64,000 nt of DNA, from NCBI GenBank assembly GCA_963663165.1, contig OY760175.1, positions 6,624,001-6,688,000 on the forward strand, given 5' to 3'. Under the pieces are notes generated by a model. The model did not search any database. It had not been told where the DNA came from and saw nothing but the letters and a program-made list of their open reading frames with translations. The stretch comes from an uncultured Desulfospira sp. (GTDB lineage: Bacteria > Desulfobacterota > Desulfobacteria > Desulfobacterales > Desulfobacteraceae). Of the stretch, positions 39,734 to 50,239 are shown one piece after another; positions within the stretch are counted from its first letter, which is position 1; the number at the start of each line of letters is the position of its first letter. The translations under genes were made by a program, and so were the position numbers.

Positions 39734-40963
39734 ATGATTGAACAATTGTTCAGCCTTCATCGCAGTCTCATCAGCATTTTTAACCGTCCTTTTAAAAGGT
39801 ATTTCTTAAAAAAACATGATTTTTCAAACCGGTTTTCCATTATCACAGGGCAGCGGGGCGTCGGTAAAACAACGGCCATCATTCAGTATATTCATTCTTT
39901 TTTAGGCGGCGACAACTCAAGTACAAAAGCATTATATGTGCCGGTGGACCATGTTTCAGTGGCCGGGCTGTCCCTTTATGACATGGCGCAAGAGTTTGTA
40001 AACAATGCCGGTGAACTGTTGTGCCTGGATGAAATCCATAAATACCGCAACTGGTCCAGGGAATTGAAAAGTATTTATGACTCATTTCCCGGTCTTAAGC
40101 TGATTGTATCCGGAAGTTCTGCCATGGAAATCCATAAAGGCAGCCATGATTTGAGCCGGAGAGCCGTGATCCTCAAAATGACCGGCTTGTCCTTAAGGGA
40201 GTACATCGGCCTGAAACATGGGATTGATCTGCCGGACCACGGGTTTGACACCCTCCTTGAACATCATGAAAAACAATCCATGAACATTACGGATACACTT
40301 GCTGAAAGCGGACTCAAAATTCTTCCTGTTTTCAAGGCCTACCTTAAATCAGGGTATTTCCCTTATTTTCTGGAACATCCCGACCGGCGAACCTACTGGA
40401 AGACGCTTGAGCAGGGGCTTCACACCACAATTGAAAGCGATCTTTTATCCATTTACCCCAGTTTAACCGGTGCCAGTATTAAAAAATTAACCTTATTGTT
40501 GTCGGCCATTGCCGGGTCTGCACCGTTTACGCCTGATATGAAACGATTAAAAAATATCATTGAAGTCGGCGATGAAAGAACGTTGAAAACCTATTTGAAA
40601 TACCTTGAAGACGGCAGGGTCATTACATGTTTTCCCAAAAAAGGGAAAAGTATCAGGGGACTGGAAAAGCCGGAAAAGATATACTTAAACAATCCCAACC
40701 AGGCATTCGCCATTAGCAGCAATGCCGAACCCGGCAGTTTAAGGGAGTTGCTTTTTGCCTGTATGCTAAAAGAATCCCATGCCCTGGCCATTCCCCCTAA
40801 AGGCGATTTCATAGTTGACAATCAATATACGTTTGAAATCGGGGGGAAGGGGAAAACCTTTCAGCAGATTAAAGATCTGCCGGATTCCTACCTTGCCCTA
40901 GATGACATTGAGCATGGCTTTAAAGCGAAAATTCCCCTTTGGATGTTCGGGTTTTTATATTAA
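39734..40963 (+). CDS. AAA_14-family ATPase
   Basis: GQRGVGKTT, LDEIHKY, SGSS, GYFP, KPEKIYLNN, FEIGGK and IPLWMFGFLY motifs. Confidence 0.88.
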   Translation: MIEQLFSLHRSLISIFNRPFKRYFLKKHDFSNRFSIITGQRGVGKTTAIIQYIHSFLGGDNSSTKALYVPVDHVSVAGLSLYDMAQEFVNNAGELLCLDEIHKYRNWSRELKSIYDSFPGLKLIVSGSSAMEIHKGSHDLSRRAVILKMTGLSLREYIGLKHGIDLPDHGFDTLLEHHEKQSMNITDTLAESGLKILPVFKAYLKSGYFPYFLEHPDRRTYWKTLEQGLHTTIESDLLSIYPSLTGASIKKLTLLLSAIAGSAPFTPDMKRLKNIIEVGDERTLKTYLKYLEDGRVITCFPKKGKSIRGLEKPEKIYLNNPNQAFAISSNAEPGSLRELLFACMLKESHALAIPPKGDFIVDNQYTFEIGGKGKTFQQIKDLPDSYLALDDIEHGFKAKIPLWMFGFLY

Positions 40964-40998
40964 CCCGGGTCTGTTATGAGGTCATTTCGGTATGGTTG

Positions 40999-42063
40999 TC
41001 ATGAATTCTGAAAACCGGAAGAGGCCTTTTTGTCGGGTCCAAACACAGATTTTCTGTACTGGGAGGGCCTGACACCGTATTCTTTGAAAAAAGAAGCGGC
41101 AAAATGGCTTGAACTGCAAAAGCCGGATTCATAAGCGATCCATGTCAGATCCACCAGGTTTTCTTCCATCAGCATCCGGGCATAGGACAGGCGCTCTTTT
41201 CGCAGGTATTCAAATACCGTGCATCCAAACAACGCTTTGAACCCTTTGCTCAGCTGGGTGTGGCTCATGCCTGCCTGCCTGGCCAGGTCCCGCAAAGAGG
41301 GGGGAAATTGACGATTTTTAACCAGCAGGTCCCTGGCCCGGCAAATCCGGGCTTTGTCGTCAGGCCCCATGGGGGGCTTTGCCGGCAGAAAATCATCCGG
41401 GAAAAAGACCTGATCCAGTCTTAAGGCAATGAGTTCAAGTACTTTGCTTTCCAGGTAGATATGGCCCACCCGGCCTTTGTGGGGATTGTTCAAAATCTGG
41501 TAAACGGTGGTTTTCATCTGAGCTGTCATGATCTGGTCGGCATAAAAGCGGCGGCTTTTAAAAAATTGTTCCGGTATATCGTTATATTGTACATCCCGGA
41601 GGGGTTCCGGGTTGAGCAGTTTGAGTAAAAAATCAGGAGAAATGTGGATGGCAAGGGCCAGGACTTCCTGCGCCCCTTTGATTTTCCGTTCAACAATCCG
41701 GCCTTTAAAAAAACAGGCCGATGAATGATCCGGTGTCATTGGCATTGAATGCAAAAGGCCTGACCCCCCAGATGAACAATTGGATGAACAATTGGATGGA
41801 CAATTTCCTTTAAGACAAAATCCAAAAGTAAAAAAAGGCTTTTCCAATGTGAACCTGGCCTTATAGTCTTCGTCAAATCTGCACCGGCATATGCCCAAGT
41901 CCAACCCTTTGCATATGGCAAAAGATGAAAAATGACCGCTGCCTTTTTGCCTTGGCAGGGGACGAATGACTTCGTTTGGATTCGTCATTTTATCATCAGG
42001 CACCATGGGTTTGAAATCAACATAACCGCCTTTATGGTCTTTTATCAGAATCTGTGACAGCAC
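40999..42063 (-). CDS. AraC-family transcriptional regulator (PchR/YbtA-like)
   Basis: YLESKVLEL, PPSLRDLARQAG...LSKGFKALFGCTVFEYLR and GFCSSSHFAASF..YGVRP. Confidence 0.9.
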   Translation of the reverse strand: MLSQILIKDHKGGYVDFKPMVPDDKMTNPNEVIRPLPRQKGSGHFSSFAICKGLDLGICRCRFDEDYKARFTLEKPFFTFGFCLKGNCPSNCSSNCSSGGSGLLHSMPMTPDHSSACFFKGRIVERKIKGAQEVLALAIHISPDFLLKLLNPEPLRDVQYNDIPEQFFKSRRFYADQIMTAQMKTTVYQILNNPHKGRVGHIYLESKVLELIALRLDQVFFPDDFLPAKPPMGPDDKARICRARDLLVKNRQFPPSLRDLARQAGMSHTQLSKGFKALFGCTVFEYLRKERLSYARMLMEENLVDLTWIAYESGFCSSSHFAASFFKEYGVRPSQYRKSVFGPDKKASSGFQNS

Positions 42064-42167
42064 GCTCCGGGTTCCTTTATGTTTCCTTGTTTCATGTCGG
42101 CGACAGCCACTATGTAAACCAAGCTCATCTTATTTTGTCAATATGATATTTTTATGCGCGTCTTATC

Positions 42168-42199
42168 TTTTACGCAAATGCTCTTTTTTTACGCAAATG
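42168..42199 (+). promoter_or_regulatory. Direct repeat TTTTACGCAAATG x2 (candidate AraC-type binding site)
   Basis: Exact 13-mers at 42168 and 42187 in the divergent AraC/methyltransferase promoter region. Confidence 0.55.
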
Positions 42200-42276
42200 A
42201 TATTATTGGGGGGGTGAACAGGGCTAAAAGTCAGTCTGACAGAAAAACTAAAAACGTTTAACCTGGAGAAAATGTT

Positions 42277-43329
42277 ATGATGTCACAGCCGCTTCACTCA
42301 CCCCAAACCCCCTATCCCTGTCTTTCCTTTTTGTTTGAAGCCCTGGTGGCCCCTGTAAAACAGGCCGTCATGGAAACCGCCATTACGCTTGATATGGCGC
42401 ATATTCTTTCCAGTGCATCCACCGTTGATGACATTGCAAACAAAGCAGGCATACAGACCGGAACTCAGGGTCTTATCTGCTTTTTGGATGCCTTGGTCGC
42501 CGTGGGGCTGGCAAATAAGGAAAACGGCAAATACAGCAACACGGACACCGGCCGATATTTTTTCGACAAAACCAGTCCTGTTTATATGGGGGATTATATA
42601 CAAGATATGAAATCCCTGGTGCAAAAAAACCTGGCCGGCATGGCAGACATCGTAAAACACGGGATGCCGGATCTGCCTGAAACCGAATCCTGGCAGAACG
42701 AATCCCGGTGGGAACGCGCCGTGGCAAACCTGGCGCTGGGCCAGCGTGCCGGCATGGCCGCCATTTATGCGGATCTGGTCGAAGAACTCCTACAGTTCAG
42801 CCGCATTAAAAAAATCCTTGATCTGGGGGGCGGACCAGGCCTTATCGGTGCCCAGATCCTTGGGCGGATTCCCGGGGCAACCGGGGTGCTGATGGACCTG
42901 CCCGCCGTTATTGGTCTGGCCAGGCAGGAGATCGAAAAAGAGGGGATGGCAGACCGGATCTCCTTTATTGCCGGAGACTATAATGAGACAGATTTGGGCA
43001 GCGGCTATGACCTGATCTGGGCCAGCCACAACCTGTATTTTGTCAAAGACCGGGTGCCGTTCTTCAAGCGTGTGAAAACCGCTTTGGCCGAGAAAGGCGT
43101 CTTTGTCTGCCTGCACGAAGGGTTGGTTCAAGAGCAGACCGCACCTGCTGACATCATTTTGATGCGCCTTTCCAGTGCCATAGAAACTGTAAGCGCCCCG
43201 GACGGACAAAACTATGCCTTTAACAAAGCCGAGATTGCCGGCTACCTGAAACAGGCCGGATTTAACCGGGTTGAATCACGGATGGTTCATTTGCCCAGTG
43301 GTGAAGCAGAACTGGTGGTGGCAAGTTAA
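42277..43329 (+). CDS. SAM-dependent O-methyltransferase (family 2, with dimerisation domain)
   Basis: LDLGGGPG, MDLPAV, AGDY and YDLIW motifs; N-terminal helical dimerisation region. Confidence 0.88.
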   Translation: MMSQPLHSPQTPYPCLSFLFEALVAPVKQAVMETAITLDMAHILSSASTVDDIANKAGIQTGTQGLICFLDALVAVGLANKENGKYSNTDTGRYFFDKTSPVYMGDYIQDMKSLVQKNLAGMADIVKHGMPDLPETESWQNESRWERAVANLALGQRAGMAAIYADLVEELLQFSRIKKILDLGGGPGLIGAQILGRIPGATGVLMDLPAVIGLARQEIEKEGMADRISFIAGDYNETDLGSGYDLIWASHNLYFVKDRVPFFKRVKTALAEKGVFVCLHEGLVQEQTAPADIILMRLSSAIETVSAPDGQNYAFNKAEIAGYLKQAGFNRVESRMVHLPSGEAELVVAS

Positions 43330-43351
43330 ACCGGCCCCTGTGAGAATAAAT

Positions 43352-44452
43352 ATGAAAAAAAGACAGGCCGCTTTGATATGCCGTATCCTGGCAGTCCTGC
43401 TCATGGTTGCCGGCAGTCCTGTGGTATCGGCTATAGTTGCCGGATATGCGTCCCCGGATCTTTCTTCCCGAACGGTGACGGATCTTCAGGGGAACCGGGT
43501 TCTGCTGCCGCCGGCAAATGATCTGCAACGGGTGGTTATTATTGCGCCTACGCTGGTCTCTTCGTTTGCAAGCCTTGGCTTACCCCGGGCCCAAATGGTT
43601 GGTGCCAATAAAATGGCCTTTGAGAATGCCAACGAAAAACTGCTGGATCTGATGCTGCCGGGATGGCGAAAGATACCCACCGGTTTTCTTACCGGGTTCA
43701 GGTCAAACACCGAAGAGTTGTTAACCCTTAACCCGGACATTATCCTGGTCTATGGAAATTTTCAGAAAAAAGGGCTTGAGGGAATAACGGTTCCGGTTTT
43801 GGACTTCTATTTAAGCGGCCACGATAACGAAACCGGTTCAACTGCCGCAGAAACGCTTTTAAGACAGGTGTTTGGGGCCGGCAGTGGCGGTTCTTCTCTT
43901 GCCAAAGAGTGGGAGTGGTCCAAAAAGCTGACCGCGGATCTTCTGGGAAGGGTGCCGAACCCTGTGAAAAAAGGCCTGATGATTGTGTCCAACACCGGGG
44001 ATAAACTGATCGTTATGGGGGCGGGCTCATGTGGTGATGACTGGTTAAAAAAAAGCGGGCTTGTTAATGTCGCGGATGTGGCAGACCCTCAAGGCGGCGG
44101 CCGGGAAGTCTGCCTGGAACAGATCTATGCCTGGGACCCTGATATTATCTATATATTCTGGGGAATTCCCGCATCCCAATACAAAAAAGAACAAATCCCC
44201 GGCCAGAACTGGCATCACGTGAAAGCGGTTCGAAATGGTGCCGTATATGATATGCCCCATGGGCTTACGAACTGGGGCACGGCAAAAGCCGATTCGCCCC
44301 TGACGCTGTTATGGCTGGTCAGTAAAAATTACCCGCATCTTCTCAGAGAAGCTGATTTCTTAGGCATGATGAAGGCCTTTTATTTGCGCCGGTACAACAT
44401 TGACCTTTCCGATGACCTCATGGAAGAGATCCTTTATCCCAATGGAAAATAA
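43352..44452 (+). CDS. ABC transporter substrate-binding protein (iron-siderophore/cobalamin type)
   Basis: Signal peptide; TVTDLQG, EELLTLNPDII, EQIYAWDPDII and W..VKAVRNG.VY motifs. Confidence 0.88.
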   Translation: MKKRQAALICRILAVLLMVAGSPVVSAIVAGYASPDLSSRTVTDLQGNRVLLPPANDLQRVVIIAPTLVSSFASLGLPRAQMVGANKMAFENANEKLLDLMLPGWRKIPTGFLTGFRSNTEELLTLNPDIILVYGNFQKKGLEGITVPVLDFYLSGHDNETGSTAAETLLRQVFGAGSGGSSLAKEWEWSKKLTADLLGRVPNPVKKGLMIVSNTGDKLIVMGAGSCGDDWLKKSGLVNVADVADPQGGGREVCLEQIYAWDPDIIYIFWGIPASQYKKEQIPGQNWHHVKAVRNGAVYDMPHGLTNWGTAKADSPLTLLWLVSKNYPHLLREADFLGMMKAFYLRRYNIDLSDDLMEEILYPNGK

Positions 44453-45452
44453 GAAAAATTACATCTTGATATACAGTTTGCTGACCCTATGCCTTGTCGC
44501 GTTGATGTTTTTGTCGCTTTTTAAAGGCCGGTATACAGTGCCGCCGGATATGGTGGCGGCCATTTTGTTTAATAAGCTTACCGGAACCGCGTTAACCGGT
44601 ACCGAGGCCACGGTGGTCTGGAATATTCGGTTGCCCAGGGTGCTTCTCGGGGTGATGGTGGGAGCGGGTCTATCCGTTTCCGGGGCCTCTTTCCAGGGCA
44701 TCTTCCGGAACCCGCTGGTCAGCCCCGATATCCTCGGTGTCAGTTCCGGGGCCGGGTTCGGCGCGGCACTGGGAATCATTTTAACATCGGCAAACACCGG
44801 CATCACCATGGCGTTAGCTTTTGGTTTCGGGCTCATAAGTGTGGTCCTTGCCTATACCATTTCAAAAATAAAAAACATGTTCTCCCCCATATCCCTTGTG
44901 CTGTCGGGAATGATCGTGGGATTTTTTTTCAATGCCCTCATATCCCTGGTTAAACTTTTATCCGACACCGATTCCCAATTGCCGGCTATCACCTACTGGC
45001 TGATGGGCAGCTTTGCCAACACCACGTTTAAGGAGATATCCCTTGTTCTGCCCCTGGTTGCCGGGGGAACCCTCCTGCTTGTTTTATTGCGGTGGCGCAT
45101 GAACATCCTTTCCATGGGAGATGAAGAGGCCTATTGTCTTGGCATCAATCCTCACCGCTTAAGGCTTGCCATCGTTGCCGTGGCCACCGTGATCACTGCG
45201 GCCGGTGTTATGGTGTCCGGGATTATCGGGTGGGTCGGGCTGATCATTCCAAATATCTGCAGGATGTTTGTGGGGGCTGATCACAAGCACCTGTTGCCGG
45301 CCTCTTTTCTCATGGGCGGTATTTTTGTCCTTTTAGTGGACTTTTTTGCCAGGGTTTTAACTGTGGCGGAGATTCCTATCGGCATCCTGACCGCCATTGC
45401 CGGAGTGCCCTTGTTTATCTATGTGTATAAATATTCCGGGTGGGGGCGCTGA
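44442..45452 (+). CDS. FecCD-family ABC permease
   Basis: IRLPRV, FRNPLVSPDILGVSSGA, GIIGWVGLIIP and EIPIGILT motifs. Confidence 0.93.
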   Translation: MENKKNYILIYSLLTLCLVALMFLSLFKGRYTVPPDMVAAILFNKLTGTALTGTEATVVWNIRLPRVLLGVMVGAGLSVSGASFQGIFRNPLVSPDILGVSSGAGFGAALGIILTSANTGITMALAFGFGLISVVLAYTISKIKNMFSPISLVLSGMIVGFFFNALISLVKLLSDTDSQLPAITYWLMGSFANTTFKEISLVLPLVAGGTLLLVLLRWRMNILSMGDEEAYCLGINPHRLRLAIVAVATVITAAGVMVSGIIGWVGLIIPNICRMFVGADHKHLLPASFLMGGIFVLLVDFFARVLTVAEIPIGILTAIAGVPLFIYVYKYSGWGR

Positions 45453-46240
45453 TGGAGGTTGAAGTCAAAAACGGCCATTTTGGCTATACCTCAGAAGAAC
45501 AGATCCTGACCGATATCTGTTTCAGGCTGCCGCCGGCCGGAATTTTAACCATACTCGGCCAGAACGGTATCGGCAAAACAACCCTGTTAAAATGCCTGCT
45601 CGGCATTCTGCCGTGGGAAAAGGGCCACACCCTGATCAACGGCGAACCAATGAACTATAAAAAACATATGGGAAGGATCGGCTATGTGCCCCAGGCATAT
45701 AAATTTGTCTTTCCCTATTCCGTTGAAGAAACTGTAACCATGGGACTTGCCGGAAGGATCGGCTTGTTCTCCATCCCCACCCAAAAGGATAGAGAAGCGG
45801 TCCACGCCATCCTTTCCGAAGTGGGGATATTTCATCTTAGAAAGCGGCTTTGCTCCCAGCTCAGCGGTGGGCAGCTCCAGCTCGTTTTTATGGCACGGGG
45901 ACTGGTAAAAAGACCGGAGCTGATGATTTTAGATGAGCCCGAGTCCCACCTGGATTATAAAAATCAGATCCTGGTTTTAAAGATGCTTGAAAAGCTTTCA
46001 CGGGAACAGGGTATCTCTTGCATCATCAACACCCATTACCCTGACCATGCCTTAAGAATTTCCGATGCCACACTCATGTTAAGACGCACGGCATCCGGAA
46101 AGAAGACGTATGTACACGGGCCTACCCCAGACATTATTACCCAAAAGAATATCAAACTGTTTTTCGATGTGGAGTCCCAAATTATGACCATTGATAAAAA
46201 GGACAAAACAAAAATCAGAACCCTTGTTGTAGTGGAATAG
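45452..46240 (+). CDS. ABC transporter ATP-binding protein
   Basis: GQNGIGKTT, LSGGQ, LDEPESHLD and NTH motifs. Confidence 0.93.
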   Translation: MEVEVKNGHFGYTSEEQILTDICFRLPPAGILTILGQNGIGKTTLLKCLLGILPWEKGHTLINGEPMNYKKHMGRIGYVPQAYKFVFPYSVEETVTMGLAGRIGLFSIPTQKDREAVHAILSEVGIFHLRKRLCSQLSGGQLQLVFMARGLVKRPELMILDEPESHLDYKNQILVLKMLEKLSREQGISCIINTHYPDHALRISDATLMLRRTASGKKTYVHGPTPDIITQKNIKLFFDVESQIMTIDKKDKTKIRTLVVVE

Positions 46241-46267
46241 GACAACTTTTCAAAGAGGAGAGAAAAC

Positions 46268-48295
46268 ATGAACAGCCAGGCTAAAAACAATAAACGGCAA
46301 CACAACCGGGTATTATGCTTTGTTTATATTATTGCAATGATCGTTGGCCTTTCAGTCGGGCCGGTATGGGCCGGGGATGACAACGCCGGCAAGTCAAGTA
46401 TTCAACTTGGAGATATAACGGTGACCGCAACTAAAATGTCCACACAGGTGGATAACCTACCCACCAATATCAGCGTTGTTACCAGAGAAGAACTCGAAAA
46501 GTTCCCGGGGCATTACAATGCCTTAACCGTACTTCAGGCCGCCAATATTCCGGGACTGTTTTTTCCCACCAACGTCTTTGGCGGCGGGAGCGCCAGCACC
46601 TCAGTGAGTACCAGGGGCAGCGAGGTCTCAAGCTGGGGAATGAAGGTCATGGTAAACGGTATTGAGATGAACCGGGCAAACGGGAATATATCGGCAGGCC
46701 GCCTGGCGGTACACGACATAGAGCGTATTGAGATCACCAAAACGCCTTCGGCCGAGTATGGGGACCAGGCCCTGGGCGGGGTTATCAATATTATTACCCG
46801 AAAGGCAAAGGAACCTGTGGAAGGCCGGGCCGGCATTGCCTTTACAAGTTTTGGGGGCGGCAACGGTTACAGCGTACTCAGCGGCACACTGGACAAATGG
46901 GAATACTATATTGATGCGGCCGTACAACGGGAAGATACCTACCAGGATAACGGATTTGAAGATGGCAACAACGTTTATACCCGGGTGGGTTACGGGCTTA
47001 ACGACGGAGCACAAATCACCTTTCACGGATCCTATAACAACACCAAAGGGCTTTATGCCGCAAGCCTGACCAGGGATCAGTTTGATGATGACCCTTCACA
47101 AAATCCCAATGCCGGGGCGGATTATGACTATGAATCCGAGGATACACTGGGGGCACTGGTCTATAATCAGCAATTGGGAGCCTACGAACTCATGGCGAAA
47201 ATGGAGGTTCAGAACTGTGATTATCAGCTTTACTGGGGGCATTTAACCCACATGGATTCCAGCCAGGTACATCCGGAAGTCAGCCTGACCTTTAATCATA
47301 ATCTTGGGGGCATGGCAAATAAACTGGTGATCGGCGGGGAGTACCGCAATCATGACTATGATGTGAGAAGGTATACGGCATCAAGCTTTAATGACATAAC
47401 CGCCGTTAATCAGGATTTCAGCAGAAAAGATATCAGTTATGCCGGGTATGTGCAGGATGAACTGCTCGTAACCGATGCGCTCACGGTTACCGCCGGTATC
47501 CGCTACGATTTTTTTGATCTCGAGCAAACCGCCCATATTGCCGCAAGCGACGCCTGGGACCAGAAAAAAGGCGACATCAGCCCAAAGCTTGGTTTTACCT
47601 ACCAGTTTTGCAATGAGGTCAACTTTTTTGCCGGATACAACAGCGGCATCAAAAGCCCGGTCAGGCTGCCGGTCTATTACACAAACGGCGAGCTGGACCC
47701 GGAAAAGCTTGAGGCTTATGAACTCGGGTTTCGCGGCAATGTTGCCGGCTGGTTCAACTACAATATGGCCTTTTTCTGGCAAACCGTAAAAGATAAGTTT
47801 GTTCTGCCCAGTGCCGACTGGACGGCACAATATGAAAACGCCGGGGAAACCAGTTCAAAAGGGATTGAATTGGGCGCCGGTGCCAAATTGCCCCACGGCT
47901 TTTACACATCGGTTAATTTCACTTACCAGGAAGCCGAATTTGAAGAGTTCGTCAGCATGGGGGTTGACTATTCGGGAAACAAACTGACCGGTGTGCCGGA
48001 TATGATTTTTTCCTTTACACTGGGATACCAGAATGACCGCTTGGGCAACCTGTCACTGAATCCTGTCTACACCGGCAGGCAGTATTTTAACTATGCAAAT
48101 ACCAATGAGGAAGACGGCTACTGGGTATTGAACGCCAAATATGCAAAACAAATCGGGCGGGCGGAATTCTACCTTCTGGCAAACAATCTGTTTAATCAAA
48201 GCGCTGTGGGCTACGGCAGCGGCAATCCCGGCAATGAATCCTTGTATCCCATTTCCGGGTTCAACATGGTACTGGGCATGAACATAACGTTTTAA
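46268..48295 (+). CDS. TonB-dependent receptor
   Basis: Signal peptide, TonB box region DITVTAT, plug (IERIEI...YG..ALGGVINIIT), NNLFN and a C-terminal Phe. Confidence 0.93.
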   Translation: MNSQAKNNKRQHNRVLCFVYIIAMIVGLSVGPVWAGDDNAGKSSIQLGDITVTATKMSTQVDNLPTNISVVTREELEKFPGHYNALTVLQAANIPGLFFPTNVFGGGSASTSVSTRGSEVSSWGMKVMVNGIEMNRANGNISAGRLAVHDIERIEITKTPSAEYGDQALGGVINIITRKAKEPVEGRAGIAFTSFGGGNGYSVLSGTLDKWEYYIDAAVQREDTYQDNGFEDGNNVYTRVGYGLNDGAQITFHGSYNNTKGLYAASLTRDQFDDDPSQNPNAGADYDYESEDTLGALVYNQQLGAYELMAKMEVQNCDYQLYWGHLTHMDSSQVHPEVSLTFNHNLGGMANKLVIGGEYRNHDYDVRRYTASSFNDITAVNQDFSRKDISYAGYVQDELLVTDALTVTAGIRYDFFDLEQTAHIAASDAWDQKKGDISPKLGFTYQFCNEVNFFAGYNSGIKSPVRLPVYYTNGELDPEKLEAYELGFRGNVAGWFNYNMAFFWQTVKDKFVLPSADWTAQYENAGETSSKGIELGAGAKLPHGFYTSVNFTYQEAEFEEFVSMGVDYSGNKLTGVPDMIFSFTLGYQNDRLGNLSLNPVYTGRQYFNYANTNEEDGYWVLNAKYAKQIGRAEFYLLANNLFNQSAVGYGSGNPGNESLYPISGFNMVLGMNITF

Positions 48296-48308
48296 GGAGA
48301 ACACAGCG

Positions 48309-48944
48309 ATGTATACTGGAATTCAAAAAACATGGACAATGATCATCTCAGTGGCAATATGTATCTTTATCATCTCCCAGGTCAGGGCCGAAACATCAGG
48401 TGGTATTTTCGCCGGCTGGCAGGGGAATTTTATAAACCAGGCGTTTGTATATGAAATGCCTGAAATGAACGCCGTCTATAAAAAGATCGTGGCTGAAGCC
48501 AAAAATATGGGAAAAACCCAGAGTGTTGAGCAGGTCAAAGCTTTTTTCAAAACATTGGGGGTGACGGGTTTTTGCAGACTCTCAATAGCCGGTGATGAAG
48601 TAACCTTTTACGATAAGGAAAAAATTCAGGCCAAGCACCGGTATAAGGCACTTGGAACTGTCCCGGACACCTATGGAGACCACAAATTAGAATGGTATGC
48701 GTTTGAGGCGGCAGATAAAGAGGGCCAGGCATCTGAGTATCGGTATATTATGATGCTCCAAATTCATCAACACCAAAACGGGCAGTCTCACTTTCACATC
48801 AGGTACGGCAGCAACGGGGTTAAGGAGCTGACCGGCCTGGGGGGCATGGGAAACTGGTGGCCCACGATGGTCAAGCCTGATTTTGATGTAACCGCTTATA
48901 TCGACAGCATCAATTCTAAGCTTATGGTTAAACTGCTGCCGTAA
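48309..48944 (+). CDS. ZinT/AdcA-like periplasmic metal-binding protein
   Basis: Signal peptide; W.G.F start, YRYIMM, HQH...HFHIRYG and NWWPT resemble ZinT's HFH and NWPT motifs. Confidence 0.7.
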   Translation: MYTGIQKTWTMIISVAICIFIISQVRAETSGGIFAGWQGNFINQAFVYEMPEMNAVYKKIVAEAKNMGKTQSVEQVKAFFKTLGVTGFCRLSIAGDEVTFYDKEKIQAKHRYKALGTVPDTYGDHKLEWYAFEAADKEGQASEYRYIMMLQIHQHQNGQSHFHIRYGSNGVKELTGLGGMGNWWPTMVKPDFDVTAYIDSINSKLMVKLLP

Positions 48945-49046
48945 ATGCAACACAAAATAGCGGGTACACCGCTATATATAAACGCAAATACCCGTTTGGA
49001 TGTAAGGATTTTTATCATAACCCCGGCTCGCTGCGGCCATACCGCT

Positions 49047-49850
49047 TCAGCGGCCTTGGGCATCTCCTTTGATCTGCGTAAGGTCAAGGCTGAAATATTG
49101 GCTCAACATTTGTGCAAACAGCGCATCGTCGTTAATTTCGGTCTGGGTGGTCTCATCCCCGGCCACAATGGTCAGCTGCCGGTCCGTTAAGGTGATCCGC
49201 CCCTGGCGGGTGGGGGTGGTGCAAAACTTCATCTGGGTAAAAAAGGAGACCGGATGGGTTGAGGTAAAGTGGTTGGACATTAGAAAATCAATGGGCAGGC
49301 AGGGCTCCATGGTAAAAAGATAAAGGTTTCGGTAGTTTCCGGCCTCTTTTTTCTGGAGAATAAAGCTTTGGTCCGGACATTTCTCAAGCCGGTAGATCCG
49401 GTTAAAATGGGACTGGTCTATCCCCGGTTCAAGCCGGATGGGGGCCACGATGCCGTCGTTGCCGAATCCCACATCGGCCATCCATTTTTGGCCATTGATA
49501 TTTATCACGGACAGCTGATGGGTCTTGGCGGTCAGAGTTGGCGGATCACCGGAAAAGACCCGGGCCAGAAGATCGGTCACCTCAAAGCCCAGAGACTTGA
49601 GGACAAAGGAGAACAGGCCGTTCATTTCAAAGCAGTATCCCCCCCGGCGGTTTGTTACCAGTTTGGCAAGCAGGGAGGCAATGTCCAGGTGAATGGTCCG
49701 CTGGTAAAATACATCCAGGTTTTCAAAGGGAATGTTCAGGGTATGGGCGCAGTGAAGATCTTTCAGGGTGGATTCGCTGATGTCGGCCGGCCCTTGATAC
49801 TGCACCCGGTTAAAATATTCATCCAGAAGATGGCGGCATTCTTTATCCAA
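49047..49850 (-). CDS. Arylamine N-acetyltransferase
   Basis: IPFENL, RGGYCFE, TH and DVGFG catalytic triad motifs. Confidence 0.93.
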   Translation of the reverse strand: MDKECRHLLDEYFNRVQYQGPADISESTLKDLHCAHTLNIPFENLDVFYQRTIHLDIASLLAKLVTNRRGGYCFEMNGLFSFVLKSLGFEVTDLLARVFSGDPPTLTAKTHQLSVININGQKWMADVGFGNDGIVAPIRLEPGIDQSHFNRIYRLEKCPDQSFILQKKEAGNYRNLYLFTMEPCLPIDFLMSNHFTSTHPVSFFTQMKFCTTPTRQGRITLTDRQLTIVAGDETTQTEINDDALFAQMLSQYFSLDLTQIKGDAQGR

Positions 49851-50074
49851 GGGGTGTCCTCTTAAGTTTCAGGTTTTTAAATCCGCACCATAGCCTTGAA
49901 CGGCGGCCAGATCAAGTTCTCTGGTGAAAAACCACAGGTTAACCGCATTTATAATAAAAGTGCTATCGGGATCAGATATGATAATAAGCCGGTTCGATAG
50001 CGATGATAGAGCAACAGGTATAATTATAAATCCAGTTACCATCTTGCCCTGCCCGTATTACACCTCACGTAATT

Positions 50075-50167
50075 TTATATGAAAGTCTCACTAACAGCGT
50101 GATAAGACTTTCATTATTCGTTGTGGGCGATACTTGGTTGGATAACCAAGACGGCCCGTGGCCGTTA
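50075..50167 (+). repeat. Family-A two-hairpin repeat
   Basis: TTATATGAAAGTCTCACTAAC...AAGACTTTCATTATTCGTTGTGGGCGATACTTGGTTGGATAACCAAGACGGCCCGTGGCCGTTA. Confidence 0.9.
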
Positions 50168-50239
50168 GTGAAACAGATATGTTGCCCAAAAGGAAGATAG
50201 CATATATCATGAAGACTGAATATTTTAAGAGAGGATTAT

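Noticed and set aside
49860..50070. Possible small gene or ncRNA upstream of the N-acetyltransferase
   Set aside because: AT-rich with no convincing ORF, RBS or stable structure.
50075..50170. Integron attC site (CACTAAC ... GTTAGTG)
   Set aside because: The R''/R' complementarity holds in this copy only; the element folds as two separate hairpins rather than one attC stem, and no intI is seen.
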